The position numbers and the translations under genes were made by a program. DNA of 58,545 nt, filler included, from Sphacelaria rigidula (taxonomy: Eukaryota), in NCBI GenBank assembly GCA_964200075.2. It is 10 parts of 10 records of this genome, joined end to end, with 100 filler letters (N's around TTAATTAATTAA, not from the genome) between each part and the next. Parts side by side here need not be neighbours in the genome. Positions count along the whole stretch, not along the records: positions 1 to 5,765 come from CAXNAA020024628.1; positions 5,866 to 11,630 come from CAXNAA020024629.1; positions 11,731 to 17,495 come from CAXNAA020024630.1; 7 more parts are not named here. One strand, 5' to 3'. Below, piece after piece: positions 1-12,496 of the stretch (the first letter of the stretch is position 1; the number at the start of each line of letters is the position of its first letter). A model generated the notes under the pieces. It was not told where the DNA came from, searched no databases, and saw nothing but the letters and a program-made list of their open reading frames with translations.

Positions 1-197
1 CTATTAAAAAAAAAAAAAAAAGATCTTTAAAAAAATATAAAACTACGTATTAAACACTTCTTGCCGCCCCCCCCCCCCCCCCCCCCCCCCCTACTCCTAA
101 GCAACCGGGCTCACGATAGACAGAAACTCACCACCGGAACACCGCGGTTAAGCAGACACATGTGCATATGCTCTCTTCTTCTCTCCAAAGATCTCAC

Positions 198-529
198 CTC
201 TACACCATCAAGCGAAACAATCGCGCCGAACTCCCCGAAAACAGCACCGCCTTCACCCGCCTCTACAGAATTGCCCCGCAATTGCCCGCCCCTCAAGGAC
301 ACGCTTGGCCCATGCTCAGCATCATCACCACTCGTAGTGGCCGCGATTGCTCCGCCTCTCCCCCACAAGCTGTTGCTGACTACGTTTTCGCGAAAAAAGC
401 AATCGTCGGCGGTGAAATTTCCCCCTTGCAGTGCTACAGCGCCGCCTCTTGCTCCCGCCGTGTTGCGGAGAAATAGAGATGTGTCTGCTGACACTGTCAC
501 GTTGTGGTCTGCGATAAGAAGTGCTCCGC
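198..529 (-). CDS. Internal exon C of the PMP-repeat adhesin-like protein
   Basis: Acceptor ttttttgtcgcAG|GCGGAG and donor GTAGAG|GTgag; 332 nt, phase 1/0. Splicing B to C gives YQ-GGALLIADHNVTVSADTSLFLRNTAGARGGAV...FRENVV...GRGGAI...LRGNSVEAGEGGAVF. Confidence 0.87.
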
Positions 530-560
530 CTGCGACAAAAAAGAATTACGTGCAAACATG

Positions 561-592
<32 letters not shown>

Positions 593-679
593 AGATAAAT
601 GGAGAACACGGAAGACGTCCGCATCAGATGCCCAGTACGAATGTACCGCGCAGATATTGGAACGGTTTTTTAATGTGAA

Positions 680-680
680 G

Positions 681-712
<32 letters not shown>

Positions 713-717
713 AATAA
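680..717 (+). repeat. (AAC)n/(AAT)n microsatellite in an intron
   Basis: Directly visible trinucleotide run. Confidence 0.9.
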
Positions 718-2347
718 TATGGAGAAGATAAATGGAGAAGGGAGGTTACATGATTAACGAGGAGAAAAAATGAGAATACCACCCGTGAACAGTAGGGACG
801 ATATCCTCATAGGTCACGGATGGTGAGCCACGGGAACGAGATTGTGTGTTCTTTTCGGTATGTGCCACCCTCCAGTGGATCTAGACGAGGCTTTGGGTAA
901 GGAAGACAAAAAGAGGAGTGGCGCAGACCAATGACCATGGAGGACCAAGGATCGACCACGTCTATCCGAGAAGTACGCAAGACTCCCGTGGCGGGAATGA
1001 ACGACGACCGGAGGTGACAACAGTATATTCTGTCCGAGAGAAACATTTTAGGAAACACGATGGAGATCCACATCTTCCGTACGTGGGCATTCATTCTACT
1101 GTAGGACCAGATTCCCCCCTGGTTATAAGAGAAATAAAAAAAGTAACCATGGTCGTGGTAGTGGTCGTGAGTGAGTGAGACTTGTACATGGGCATCTTCG
1201 TTCGTAGTCCACGATATGTAGGGTGAATAGACTGCTCCAAAAACAAAAACAAAAACAAAAAGGTCCTACAAAAAACATGATCGCGGGATGTTGGTGACAA
1301 TAGTAGTGGGAAATACCGCATTTTGGATACACTCGATAACCTCGTGGGTGTGAGTGCATGTGTCCACTTGTGTGTGGGCGAGGAGGCGGGGCCGTGTGTG
1401 TCCATGTGCCTCATAGTGCCTCGAACTCCGATTTTCATCATCCTTCGGTGTGTCATAATCTATTGCCATACTGCATTTCGTGCCAGGCTCCGGTTTGTGT
1501 CACACTTCAGTGTGTGTTGTACTCCTATGTGTCATACTCCAGTGTATCATATAACTGATTTCGTGTCATGACACTCTGCACGAGTCAAGGACTGGGGATT
1601 ACGCGACACAACACAAGGTAATGTAGTTCTTATAATTGTCACCGGCAATTGCTCTAGTACTTGCAACTGGCGGGGAGCTGCTCAGCTACCGCATAGCTTA
1701 GGGGGTATACCAGCATTAAATACCAGCCGGTGATACTACTCTCAAAATGTCTGGCGCTCAAAGAGGGATCGTACACAAATACTCCTGCAGCAAAGATTCA
1801 CAGATGTCCGCAGCCAAAAGAGTCGAACAAGATACAGAGAAGGGGTGAAACAAAGAGTGCACAAAGTACACACGCGCGCGCGGTAGATATAGATGTAGAT
1901 GTAGATATAGATGGGGAGTAAGGAAAAAAAAACAGTGTTCTCTGATAAAGCAGACATCCGCATGTTCCCCATACCCATGATACCAACGCATGTTTGCCCC
2001 GCATGACCCACTGTCGTGCTATCGTGCGACGTGGCCTAGTATGATTAAACTCAGGAGAGCTGACGTTGAGGCCATCAGTACAGTAATTCTTGTTTGTGGG
2101 CTGGGGTCGGGTTGCTTTGCCCAGGATGTTAGTTCTCTCCGCAACACCGAGGACACGGGGTGTATTGGAAGCTCCAAGTTGCCTTGCCTATCACAAAAAG
2201 AGAACTCGACCTCCCCCTCTTCGTCCGTCCGCTCACTGCGGATTTGTAAGGTCCCGTCTTCAACGATTCCAAAAACAACTAGATTGCATCGTGATAATGA
2301 GAACGACTCTAGCGACCCACGTGCTTTTCTGCCTTCCCTTTTCTTCT

Positions 2348-2560
2348 GGGAAAGGGACTGCTGAACCCCTCTCGCGATAAAAAAATAAAGGCAAGCACCG
2401 CAGAAGGAAGGTGGGGTACTAGAAACAAACAAAAAAAGAGAAAGAAAAAAAAACGTCCTGTGTTGATCTTTCTCCTGTGTGACCCCGGCTATTGCGCCCA
2501 CATATACTGAAAGGTGTTGACTGGCGTCCACAATAGATGGGACGACAATACACACACACT
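2348..2560 (+). mobile_element. 5'-truncated copy of tRNA-derived SINE family 1
   Basis: Matches the 3' half of 22060-22410 and the reverse complement of 8765-8960; ends in a (CA)n tail. Confidence 0.8.
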
Positions 2561-3093
2561 TTGCCCTTCTGATCGGTTGAGGGCTGATGCTCTATAATCA
2601 TCGCCCATGAAACCGTTCTCACAAACAAAACTTCATTTCACATATATATATATATATATATGTGAGAACACAGGAACAGGTCCCCAATGAGAATGCGCAA
2701 GGGAACGTCAAATGCTCGCACCACGTGTGGTTTATTTGGCTCATCACCATGGGGACGCGCAGCTTGCTTTCTCATCATCAGCAGTTGCCCCTCTGCGCAT
2801 GTATGTCACGTTTGCTTGTCATCATTCTTTTGTTTCACGTTCGATAGGAATGACAGGGTGATTTCTCGTGATTATGACGGTTGTGAACAGTCAGAAATCA
2901 TTCGCAATGTCACAACGCAATTTCCGTTTTTTATTTTTATTTTGGCCTCACTAAAAGCCGGGGGCCTAAAGCGTAAACCAAGCATCTCTTGCTTGAACGT
3001 AGAAACGGCCATAAAACACATTGTCTTGTTTTATTCTTCTCCTTCACCCTATCCATATAACGAAGAGGCAATCAGCACACGGTTCTCTCTCAC

Positions 3094-3280
3094 CTTGGTA
3101 GGAGCCGGATCCCGGCAAGTCTTCCCGATACCCGACGGTGTTGTTGAACAGCACGAGACCATCCAGCACGATAGGACCGTCGCCGATTGCAGCGATGCCC
3201 CCGCCGGATCCTCCGCACCAGTTGCTCGTGAGATTGGTGTTGCTAAAACTGGCGGAGTACGTACCAGGGTATCCCGCAGT
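3094..3280 (-). CDS. Internal exon B of the PMP-repeat adhesin-like protein
   Basis: Acceptor cacggaAG|ACTGCG and donor TACCAAG|GTgag; 187 nt, phase 0/1. Encodes TAGYPGTYSASFSNTNLTSNWCGGSGGGIAAIG...LFNNTVG...YQ. In frame with exons A and C. Confidence 0.85.
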
Positions 3281-3349
3281 CTTCCGTGATGGATGCCAGG
3301 AAAATAATACGTGGAGTTGGTCAGGGAAATGACGCACACAGTTGGAATC

Positions 3350-3720
3350 GTCCACGGTTCGGATGAATGATCGCCCCTTCGAATAACAAAATCTACGAAT
3401 TTTCAGGCCTGATTGCTCGAAAGAGAGAAAAAAAGTTGACCGCTGGTTCATAGGTCTCCACGCAATTTTTGCGCCATTCCACGTACGTGCCTTGGCTGCG
3501 CGTACCTGGGTTGCAACGCTGAAAACAAAGCTGAACCCCTTGACTGCGAGGGTAGGTCACCTGCTGAATCAGAACCAATACTCACTTGAAAAACGTATGC
3601 ATGATCCAGATGGACTACCCGCACCGCGGTGTAAGGGTTATGGATTGATTCGTACGGTACGAATCAACGACACTAAAATCAAGTAATTTCCAGACAAATC
3701 GTTAATTTATCTGACCCTTG
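3350..3720. repeat. Dispersed repeat (MITE-like); inverted homologue at 6319-6580
   Basis: For example, gcgccattccacgt...gcgtacctg...aacgctgaaaacaaagc is the reverse complement of 6400-6465. Boundaries approximate. Confidence 0.6.
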
Positions 3721-3954
3721 CAATCGTCAGCGGATTCCGGTAACTTTTGGAGAAGAAAAACAGACAGAGATCACCAAACCGACCAACAGATCAATGAGAA
3801 CTCTGACTCATGCAAAAACAGCCAAATATCATAGATATCATCCTTTTTTGTCCTTCTTTTCTTCGAAATATCGATCAAACCAAGTTCTTCGAATTACACC
3901 AACCTCTCCACATACCCCCCCGCCTCCCCGGTCAGTCATACTTCAGGATCTTAC

Positions 3955-4212
3955 CGTCAAAAATACCGCGCCTCCCAAATTCGCCGAAAAATTTTCTTCG
4001 AAGACACAATCCTCCACCGTCGCGGTATTGTTACCGCGAACCATCATGGCACCTCCGGAGACAGCTCCATTTCGTGCGAAGACCGACGACTGCAGCGTGA
4101 GATCGGTTTCTCCGTAGACGAGCAGCCCACCGCCGTTATAGAAAAAAAACGAGTCCCACAGAGACGGATAAAATACCAAGTTGTCCTCGAAACTTGTGTA
4201 CATGATCTCCAC
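3955..4212 (-). CDS. Internal exon A of a polymorphic outer membrane protein (PMP)-repeat / pectin-lyase-fold adhesin-like protein
   Basis: Acceptor ...catgaaAG|GTGGAG and donor TTGACG|GTaag; 258 nt, phase 0/0. Encodes VEIMYTSFEDN...NGGGLLV...FARNGAVSGGAM...FEENFSANLGGAVFLT, with the FxxN and GGA(I/V/M) repeats typical of PMP beta-helices. Confidence 0.85.
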
Positions 4213-5765
4213 CTTTCATGGGAAATAAAAATCGTCAAAATGACAGAAATGACAAACAGCAAATGGCAAACAAAAGGATTACTGTACGAGTTGGGCCAGG
4301 AGTAAGTAAATCCCGCATTTGCATGTCACACCATAATTCATCAAATTTACCAAATCAGCCCGACTTGAGCATATCGCTGTGAACTGTAGACCAACATGGT
4401 GACGCACGGCACCGCTGTTGAATGAAGATAAAAAAAAAAAACTGTGCTGTATAATGTATGACCTGACCTTGCCGACGGAACAAAAAAAAGGGAATCTGTC
4501 GGGATTCGAACTTGTGACCTCAATAACTGAAGTCTCCTGTATCACTTGGGTTAAAGGGGCGCAGCGGCGTCACACAAAAAGTGTCCGCCTGGGCCGATTT
4601 TTAGGATTTTTTGGCCGAAATTGCACCAGGATTTCCTGCACACAAATGTATGCACAACAACACAAGGGATGCCGCTGCATTCACTGTGTTTACTTTTACG
4701 GAGATCAAGCATTTTCTCAGTTTTTGAGGAAACTTAAAATCACTCTAACTTTCTGGTTTTTTTTCCTTAGCACCCCGCTCAATGTTGTGCGTATCAGAGT
4801 CATCCTACGATAGGGGGCTTGGTGGTTGTGTGGTTTTGGTGGTGTGGGGATTTGGGCCAATTCTTGCACGAAATTCCAAGCCAAATCGTCGTTGAAAGCA
4901 GCAACCGTTAATCGAACGAGCTTGGTATCGATACGCAACGCTCATTATACTGCTCGACACCGTTTTTAACCAAAAACAAGCGCACCGCGACTGTGGCAGG
5001 TCGTCTGGCACACATATGAGACTCTTTTTTCGTGCAATCAAATACCCCCCCCCCCCCCCCTTCATTCGGTCAAGCATCGATCACAAAAAAAGAAGGGGAC
5101 ACGTGTCAGCCNNNNNNNNNNAACCAAGCGCACCGCGACGCTGGCGGGCCTTCCGGCACACGTCTGGGTCTTTTTTTTCGTGAAGCCAAATCCCCCCCCC
5201 CCCCCCCTCTATCGTAGGATGAGTCATTGATAATAAAAAATGTCGTGTCAAAATTTCAGCCCCCAACTTCTCGAATTACCCACAGCCGGGCCTGGAAACA
5301 TTGAAAAATCACTGTCAGCTCGCCCATCTTGTTTTGTGATGTATCGTCTTGTCCTGTGTCACGAATTTCTTTCCAGATTTTAACACGTGTAATTTCGACT
5401 TCACACAAACCTGCAAAAAACAAGGGCAACATACAAAAAAGGGTACACCCTCATGCTCTTACAGCGAAAAAGGGTGGAGAATTTTTCGCTTGGGGGCGCG
5501 GCTTGCTACCGCGTTCACCAAGAGGGTGTTATTGACCTTTTGGTCCAATATAAGCAGTTTCTTCAGCGACGAAACGGTAAATATTCAGATGAATTAACAC
5601 GTATAAAGTTCTTCACAATAACGATCGAGATCGTGTTTCCCTCCTATATTACACAGACCTCAGTCTAGCATTTTCTGCGGGTGGCCTATTTTCGTTTTTT
5701 TTCGCATAACATTTCCCATGAGCACTCGGAAGGGCTTGCGTCGATATTTTTGGCAATATAAGGAA

Positions 5766-5865
5766 NNNNNNNNNNNNNNNNNNNNNNNNNNNNNNNNNNN
5801 NNNNNNNNNTTAATTAATTAANNNNNNNNNNNNNNNNNNNNNNNNNNNNNNNNNNNNNNNNNNNN
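5766..5865. other. Artificial contig-joining spacer
   Basis: 44 N + TTAATTAATTAA (stops in all six frames) + 44 N. Confidence 0.98.
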
Positions 5866-5944
5866 CTCCGTCTCGAAAGAGATGGGTGGTCAATGGTCAA
5901 AAGACGAAGGCAAGCAACAATTGAGTACGCCCCCCCCCCCCCCC

Positions 5945-6065
5945 TCTTCTCTCTGTCTGTGTGTCTGTGTGTCTGTGTGTCTGTGTGTATGTGTGTCTGT
6001 CCGTGTCTGTTTCTCTATCTCTATCTATGTATCTGTCTTTGTCTCTCTGTCTCTGTCTCTCTGTT
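5945..6065 (+). repeat. Compound (TG/TC/TGTC)n microsatellite
   Basis: Low-complexity run directly visible. Confidence 0.85.
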
Positions 6066-6318
6066 TCTTCCTCCCTGTTGCTTCCTCTCTCTATTTTTCC
6101 CTGTTTGCCGCCGTATTAGCATTTATGTCTCATTTATTCAGATTTAATGGTTGAGAATTTCTGCCGTATAGTGCGGTCGCCAGACAGCTGACTTTTCGTC
6201 TTCACTATATACTTGGATGAGTCTACCATATGCGGTGACCATGCCTGGGTGCGTAGCAGACTAGTTGATCCGAAAACAAAAAAGTTTGAACTAAGTTGAG
6301 AGTTCGTGCTCAAATACT

Positions 6319-6580
6319 AAGGGTCGGACGAATTCATGATTCGTCGGGATATTACTTGATTTAAGTGTGATTGATTCGCACGGTATGTACGAATCCATCC
6401 TTACGCTTTGTTTTCAGCGTTACAAGTCAGGTACGCGAGGCCCAGGCACGTGGAATGGCGCAAGATTTGCGTCAAGACCTGTTTGATTAGTCGTCGACTT
6501 TTTTCTCTTTTTCGATCAACCAGGCCCAAGAAACCGTGGATTTGGCGATTCGAACCGGCGATGATTCGTCCGAATCATGA
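6319..6580. repeat. Dispersed repeat, homologue of 3350-3720
   Basis: Reverse-complement similarity to 3350-3720. Confidence 0.6.
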
Positions 6581-8764
6581 AATACTTGGTGATTTGGACA
6601 GTTTGCACGTACGGTACTCCGGAGAAACATAGCACTGCAAGTACTGCAAAAGCCCAGAGTATGCAAACTACTGTATCTATCGAAGATATCTCACTGCAGG
6701 GGCGCGGGTGTTCCGAAGTAAAAAGAGAAAACGGGTCAGGAGGGAGTCACTTTGAAGGATCCATATAGCCGTGAGAAAGTGTTTGAAACAGCTCTATACT
6801 GGTATAAATATAACATACCCACTCACACCATTCGGCAACAGATGGTACCAATAGGCATTAGTAGGAGGCCGACAGGAAGATATCCCGAAGCTACCTTGCA
6901 ATACCCCACGAGCCTAGCGTTCACTTGTTGCTGTATATTATGAAGTTACGAAATATATGATTAGTAAATTAAGCAGTTTCATCGACTCCCTTGATTCGCA
7001 AATTTTCAGACCTCCCCGCTCTTGGGCACGCGCATATTGACTAGGTAAGGATCACAGTAAAACAAACGTGAAACTAGCAAAAACCAAGCGAAATTGGCTT
7101 CTTTTCCATTTACCCCAATTTTTTATCCGTAGTCGAACTACAGTATATTCTCTGCCACTACTTCACATAGCACGCAACATCGATTTCTCGGACGTACTGG
7201 AACAGGACGAAAACGATCTCCAGGTTGAGACCCAGCACACCCCACGCCGACTTACATATCTGTGGCATCTATGCTCTGTGTATATTCTTCTCGCGCGCCG
7301 CATGCCTTGATGCGTTTCTAGCTAAAAGAAGGGTGGTGAAATGTCGTGGATGTAGCTCTATCTCGAAGGATCTTTGATGCCTTTGTCGCAGCAAACTTCC
7401 CTTTCGATTACGTGTCTCATGCTAGATCTTGGGAAATCACTCGAACTGTGCGCTCTAGGCCGACGTCCTGTCCCGACGGAGTAAACGCGTAATACTGGGA
7501 GTGTCTGTTCAGTCCAAGATCCCACAAACTGCGTCGGCGAGTACCCTTTCGTAATACCTCTCCGATGCTTCACGTGGTACCGTCCGTGTCTGACGTGGCG
7601 GGACGGACATCTAGATACATCGTTGCCTTAGTGCGTGCTCCCGAAGCCCATAATTACCGCGGTAATGATGACAGCCCTCGGGTGTATCGTGTTTGTTTCA
7701 TTTGTCAGGGAGGGGGCTACCAGAGCTCGTCAGGATTGCTGAGTTTTCACCCAAGTATACACGTTTTGTTTTGTAGATACCATGATGCCAGCTCATCTGT
7801 TCGAAGTCATCACAATAGACCAGCACAGGCGCGATAGGTAAAACTTTCGCGCAAAATCACGAACTCGCAGCCCGAGTTAAAGGTCCCAACCGAGTATATG
7901 CTGGACCGGCTGAGAGTACTATATTGTATCAAATGCCCAAACCTTCCGACCGACACTGAGTCAGAGGGCAAGATGAGCATATTGCTGTAACCAGGTAGTT
8001 TAGGCGGTCACGCCCAGTCATCCAGCATAGGATTCCACCCAGTTGGTGTCGTGAAACTCACGTTTCCGTGTTCGCAGCTTTTCTGTTTTGAATCTGTTGT
8101 ATTCTCTTGCTCTCATGATATTTGTAGTGAACGAAAACTTGAATTTGCCCATTTTTTCTACGCGTGTAACTCCCGAGGCGTGAAGGATGGCGGTGGGCGA
8201 TTCATTCCATTAATCATCGTCGTTTGAAAAGCATATATTGGAAATCTCAAACAGTTTTTCATGCAACTTGGTGTTACGATCGATTTCGGCGCAAATATCG
8301 CCATACATAGCCCACCTTTTCGAGTAGGGACGTGAAGTTCGAACACGCGATTCGCGAGGTACTCACCGATATACTCTACCCGCCCCCTGGCTTTTCCCTC
8401 TTCTTTTTGCCGGGATATGGCCAATCCACGCACAGCTCACTTTCTGGAGTTGGTGCTAGAATGATTGACGCGCGATTTTCTAGGAATGTGCCGACACATT
8501 CAGAGCGACCCCCTTTGCCTACCTCGTTGTCGTCCCTCGAGATGCCGGCGGGTGCCTTTGGTTGGTCGGATCTCGGCGATACCAAAAGAGAAAGAATAAA
8601 GGTGGTCGAAGTGCGCGTACCTTGCTGCTCACGTGTCAAAATTTCCTCACCTTCAATAACTCTTTTTTGTCCGTGATTCACGACTGCGATGACTTGATTA
8701 GAAAATGAGGGATGACTTAGAGTGGACTCGTACGACTAAATTCGGAAAACAACGTCGACATATT

Positions 8765-9118
8765 TGTGTGTTGTCGTCCCATCTATTCTGGACGCCAGTG
8801 TACACCTTTCGATATATGTGGGCGCACCAGCCGGGGTCACACAGGAGGAAGGTCAACACAGGAGTTTTTTATTTTTTTATTTGTTTTTGGTGCTCCACCT
8901 TCCCTCTGCGGTGCTTGCCTTTATTTTTTATCGCGAGAAGGGTTCAGCAGTCCCTTTCCCTTGTCGACCGTTAAGTCGAAGTTTGTGTACCCACGACATG
9001 GTCGCTCTCCACAGTTGGGCATGGTGTGAGAAAAAATTCCAGATCGCTCCGAGAATTGAACCCACGACCCAACCGTCAGAAGGTTCCGAGGCTACCAACT
9101 GAGCCACCGGAGCGACCG
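8765..9118 (-). mobile_element. Full-length tRNA-derived SINE family 1 (~355 bp)
   Basis: The minus strand starts GGTCGCTCCGGTGGCTCAGTTGGTAG (box A-like) ... GGTCGTGGGTTCAATTCTC (box B-like), continues through a shared body and ends in a (CA)-rich tail. At least 7 copies or fragments in the window. Confidence 0.85.
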
Positions 9119-11630
9119 ATTTATATATATTGTACGTCTGTGAATCCCGCGAATCAGAGCCATAGTCGTTGGACGCTAAGTCCCGACTCGAAAAGTGAGG
9201 TGCGCGTGGCGGTATCGACGAACCCGGAGCTCTTGGCCGGCCCAGCCTGTACGTCGAAATTACTATCGTAGGGTGCGCTGGTTACGACATTGAACCTCGC
9301 TATATTGCACCTATGACAGACTGATGAATGTTCCATTCCCTGTATAGACAAAATTCAGCTATTGTTATTGACGTAATGTTGCTTGGGCCCTGCATCTGTC
9401 GTGTCAAACATCCTGAATGTGGGGATGGTGCCTACCGCCGTGTTCACAGGATGTAACGATCCGGACGTGCTGGCGCCAGGCAAGGTAGCGCCAGGCAAGG
9501 TAGAGAGAGCAATGCTACAGTAGGGGTGCACCTTTGCGCAAAACGTTGTCTGGTTCAGGGGCTCCTCACTATTCTAGATGCACAAGAAAATGAGTCAGGG
9601 CATACCTGTTTACAAATCCATTCAGGATATTCCTCGAAAATTGGACTAGTAATCCTGGCGTGCTCTCACATATTTCATAAGTCGTGTTTTGGATGAGAGA
9701 AAGGGCTCTTAACGATTCTAACCTCAGAAAATATTTGTTCACCCCTACCGTAGCATCAGTCGAGACCTGCCTAACAATCACTGTGTTTGCTTTTCCGCCA
9801 TCAGTCGCTTGAACACCGTAGAACTACCTGACCCCCAGCGGCACCCCGCCGGTGGGATCCAGGGTGGAGGTAGAGATCCCGGAATAATCTGTTACACATG
9901 TAATGGTCAGACTGTCGCCGTTAGGGTGGAGAGAACGAGCGTTCAATTTCCCACGCGTTGGGTTCTTTCTTCGTAATGTCTGATTTTCAGCGTGGAAAGC
10001 ATGAGAACGTGAGTAAACAAAGTAGTCGACTGGGTTTATTTAACGTGAGCTGATGCGGTGCGGGAGTGCTGAAAGTCATGACCCAATCCGCGAGACCAAA
10101 ATGCAAGGCGTGTACCGAGGGAGAAATAGGTTGATCCCTTGAGACCACGGACTCATCCCGAGGAAAAAGAGGGATTCGAAGTGCGACAAGTAATAAAAAG
10201 TGAAAATAAAACACAATAATGATAGTACATGAAAAAGAGGAAAATAAAGAGGCAGCACAGGAGATCCTGGTCCATTATTGCTGAAGTTCCTTCCCATGAG
10301 TCATCCGACGGAAGAGGGATTTGGGGCAAGTGCTTCCGCAGGAATGGCACTTCACCTCGTACAGGCTGGCTCACGGTGAATGCACAAAATTTGATTCCCA
10401 ATATTTACAGAACTCAATAGAACTCACCCGATAGGAACAAGTTTTGCATCATAGTGACCCCCACGAGCAAGCAAACAGTGCGGCATGGCCAGATTTTTTT
10501 TGTGTTGTTTGGCGTGGCGCTGGCAGTGAAAATGTTTCTCGGCCATTCATGGACGTTCAAATTGTTTCGAAATTTACAGTACAAACCCAATCTCATCACG
10601 AATCAAACCTTTGTAACCGCCATTAGCTAGGAAATCTAAAGTAAAAGACACTTTCTACGATAGCCCCCTCCCATAACCAGCCCAAAAGTGTCACGGAAAA
10701 AATTGCCATACAGCGCCTAATGTTTGGGTTTAGGCTACATGACGCGTCTCATATTGGCAACATTGGCTAGAACGAACCCGAGCGTGGGAATTCCCAGCTG
10801 CCCGTTGTGCTTGACCTTTCCCATGTCGATTTACGTGAAGATTTTGCCTCACAAAACCATGCACTTTTTGGGGGGGGGGCTATCATATAAATTGTCAAAA
10901 AGCAATTTTGATTACGGTTTGTATGGCATCGAGTTATAACCTAAAACGCGGTGTTTCGGTGACGTCGGGTTTTGGCGTCTTCAACTCTCCATTGATAATA
11001 TGCGTCAAAGGTCCAAGGAGCTTCTTCACGTCTTCCCTCGTAGCTGTCGTAGAAAAGCTCCGGTGAGACCATCTTATATGGCAACCAATCCGCATTTGTA
11101 CAAATATGAGCATCTCAGCCCGTTTACAGGCGATTTTCTCATGTGGATTGACTTTTCGGATCCAGTCCGTTGGGCAATGCTTTTCGGCTAGCTCTGGGGA
11201 AACCAGATCATTTCTCCGATTCTCTGGACGTTGACTTTTGGTTTATCCCCTTTTTGCTCAGATGAGGAGACTCCCGCACCGCCCAAATCACGAGCGGCCA
11301 GGAGTGCCCAAAAAAAAACCTCCGGGACCCTATCTATGTATTCCTCCCCCCCCCCCCCCCCGCAGCCTCTGAAAATTTGATTGTATCGTGTTAAGAAAAG
11401 AACTACAAATAGCCATATTGGGGCGACTTGGGTGAGGTAGCGCCCATGATTGTTGGCCGTATTTGCCACCACAAGATGCGACGAACATTGGAGCAGAATC
11501 GGCGGTGCAGAAAGATGCGTTTAGCGTGATAGAGCAAGCATTGCAGAGCGTTGTAGACACTTTCTACGATAGCCCCCCCCCCCCCAAAAGGGCATGGGTT
11601 TGGGAGGCAAAAACTTCACGTAAATCGAAA

Positions 11631-11730
11631 NNNNNNNNNNNNNNNNNNNNNNNNNNNNNNNNNNNNNNNNNNNNTTAATTAATTAANNNNNNNNNNNNNN
11701 NNNNNNNNNNNNNNNNNNNNNNNNNNNNNN
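11631..11730. other. Artificial contig-joining spacer
   Basis: 44 N + TTAATTAATTAA + 44 N. Confidence 0.98.
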
Positions 11731-11799
11731 CCTCGGCCCTCGGCCCCCCCCCCCCCCCCCACAGTGCAATGGTCAAACAATCAAGGCAAGCAAAAAATG

Positions 11800-12496
11800 A
11801 GTACGCCCCCCCTGCGAGTGTTCCGAATGCCAGTCGCTTCGGTAGTCGTCCGTCCGGTTGTCTAGCCAGGGCTCCCGCAAACAGCAGTCGCCGTTGCCGG
11901 ACGATGGCTTCGCACTTTGACATCTGGTCTTCCTGAGAGCCTGAATGTACGATAGCTGTTGGTATGTGCCACGCACGCGGCGGTGCCCGATAACCCACAG
12001 GAGGAGCCGGTAGTATACCGTCCGCAGCGACATGTGGTGCTCACGGCGCAGGGCCCACGTCATGCATCCGTACAGTAGGGCCTCTATCGCCTCCGCCTTC
12101 AGTAGTCGGACCTTGAGTCTCCGCGGTGCTTTATAGTCGGGGACAGAGCTCCCTGGAAAACGTTTTGATGCACGACAGCGCGGCTCTGCTCCGGTTGTTG
12201 ATCTATCGTGTGAGGTAACCATCTTCGGTGACAAGCCCACCCAAGTATCGGAACTTCGTGGCTTGTGCGTACTTCTGATTCGCTGATGCGATGACCAGTG
12301 ACGGGGGAGGTGGTGATGGTGGCTCCCCCTGCTGTGGCGATTTTTCAGTACTCGCATCAGCAGAGTCTCTGTTTTTCCCTCCGACACCGTTAGTCCGAAT
12401 ACCCCAAACAACCGAATTATAAGGATCATCACTCTCGCTAAGCCATCGGGGGACCTCGAGACGACGACCGGGTCATCGGCACATAGGATTCCCCAC
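11800..12496 (-). mobile_element. RTE-clade LINE (host copy), 3' part: degenerate RT C-terminus
   Basis: WGILCADD (degenerate YADD), FGLTVSEGKTETLLM, LKVRLLKAEAIEALLYGCMTW, RQRRLLFAGALARQPDGRLPKRL; contains frameshifts. Confidence 0.85.

Noticed and set aside
61..678. 205-aa proline-rich ORF on the plus strand
   Set aside because: Antisense shadow of PMP exon C plus a poly-C run.
7340..7840. Possible decayed integrase or pol fragment
   Set aside because: Only a vague resemblance with no catalytic motif; the gag-like stretch at 9570-9800 and transposase-like stretch at 23850-24140 are equally unsupported.
9030..9118. tRNA gene
   Set aside because: The cloverleaf is degenerate and always attached to the same body and tail; it is a SINE head (same at 22060 and 37200-37590).
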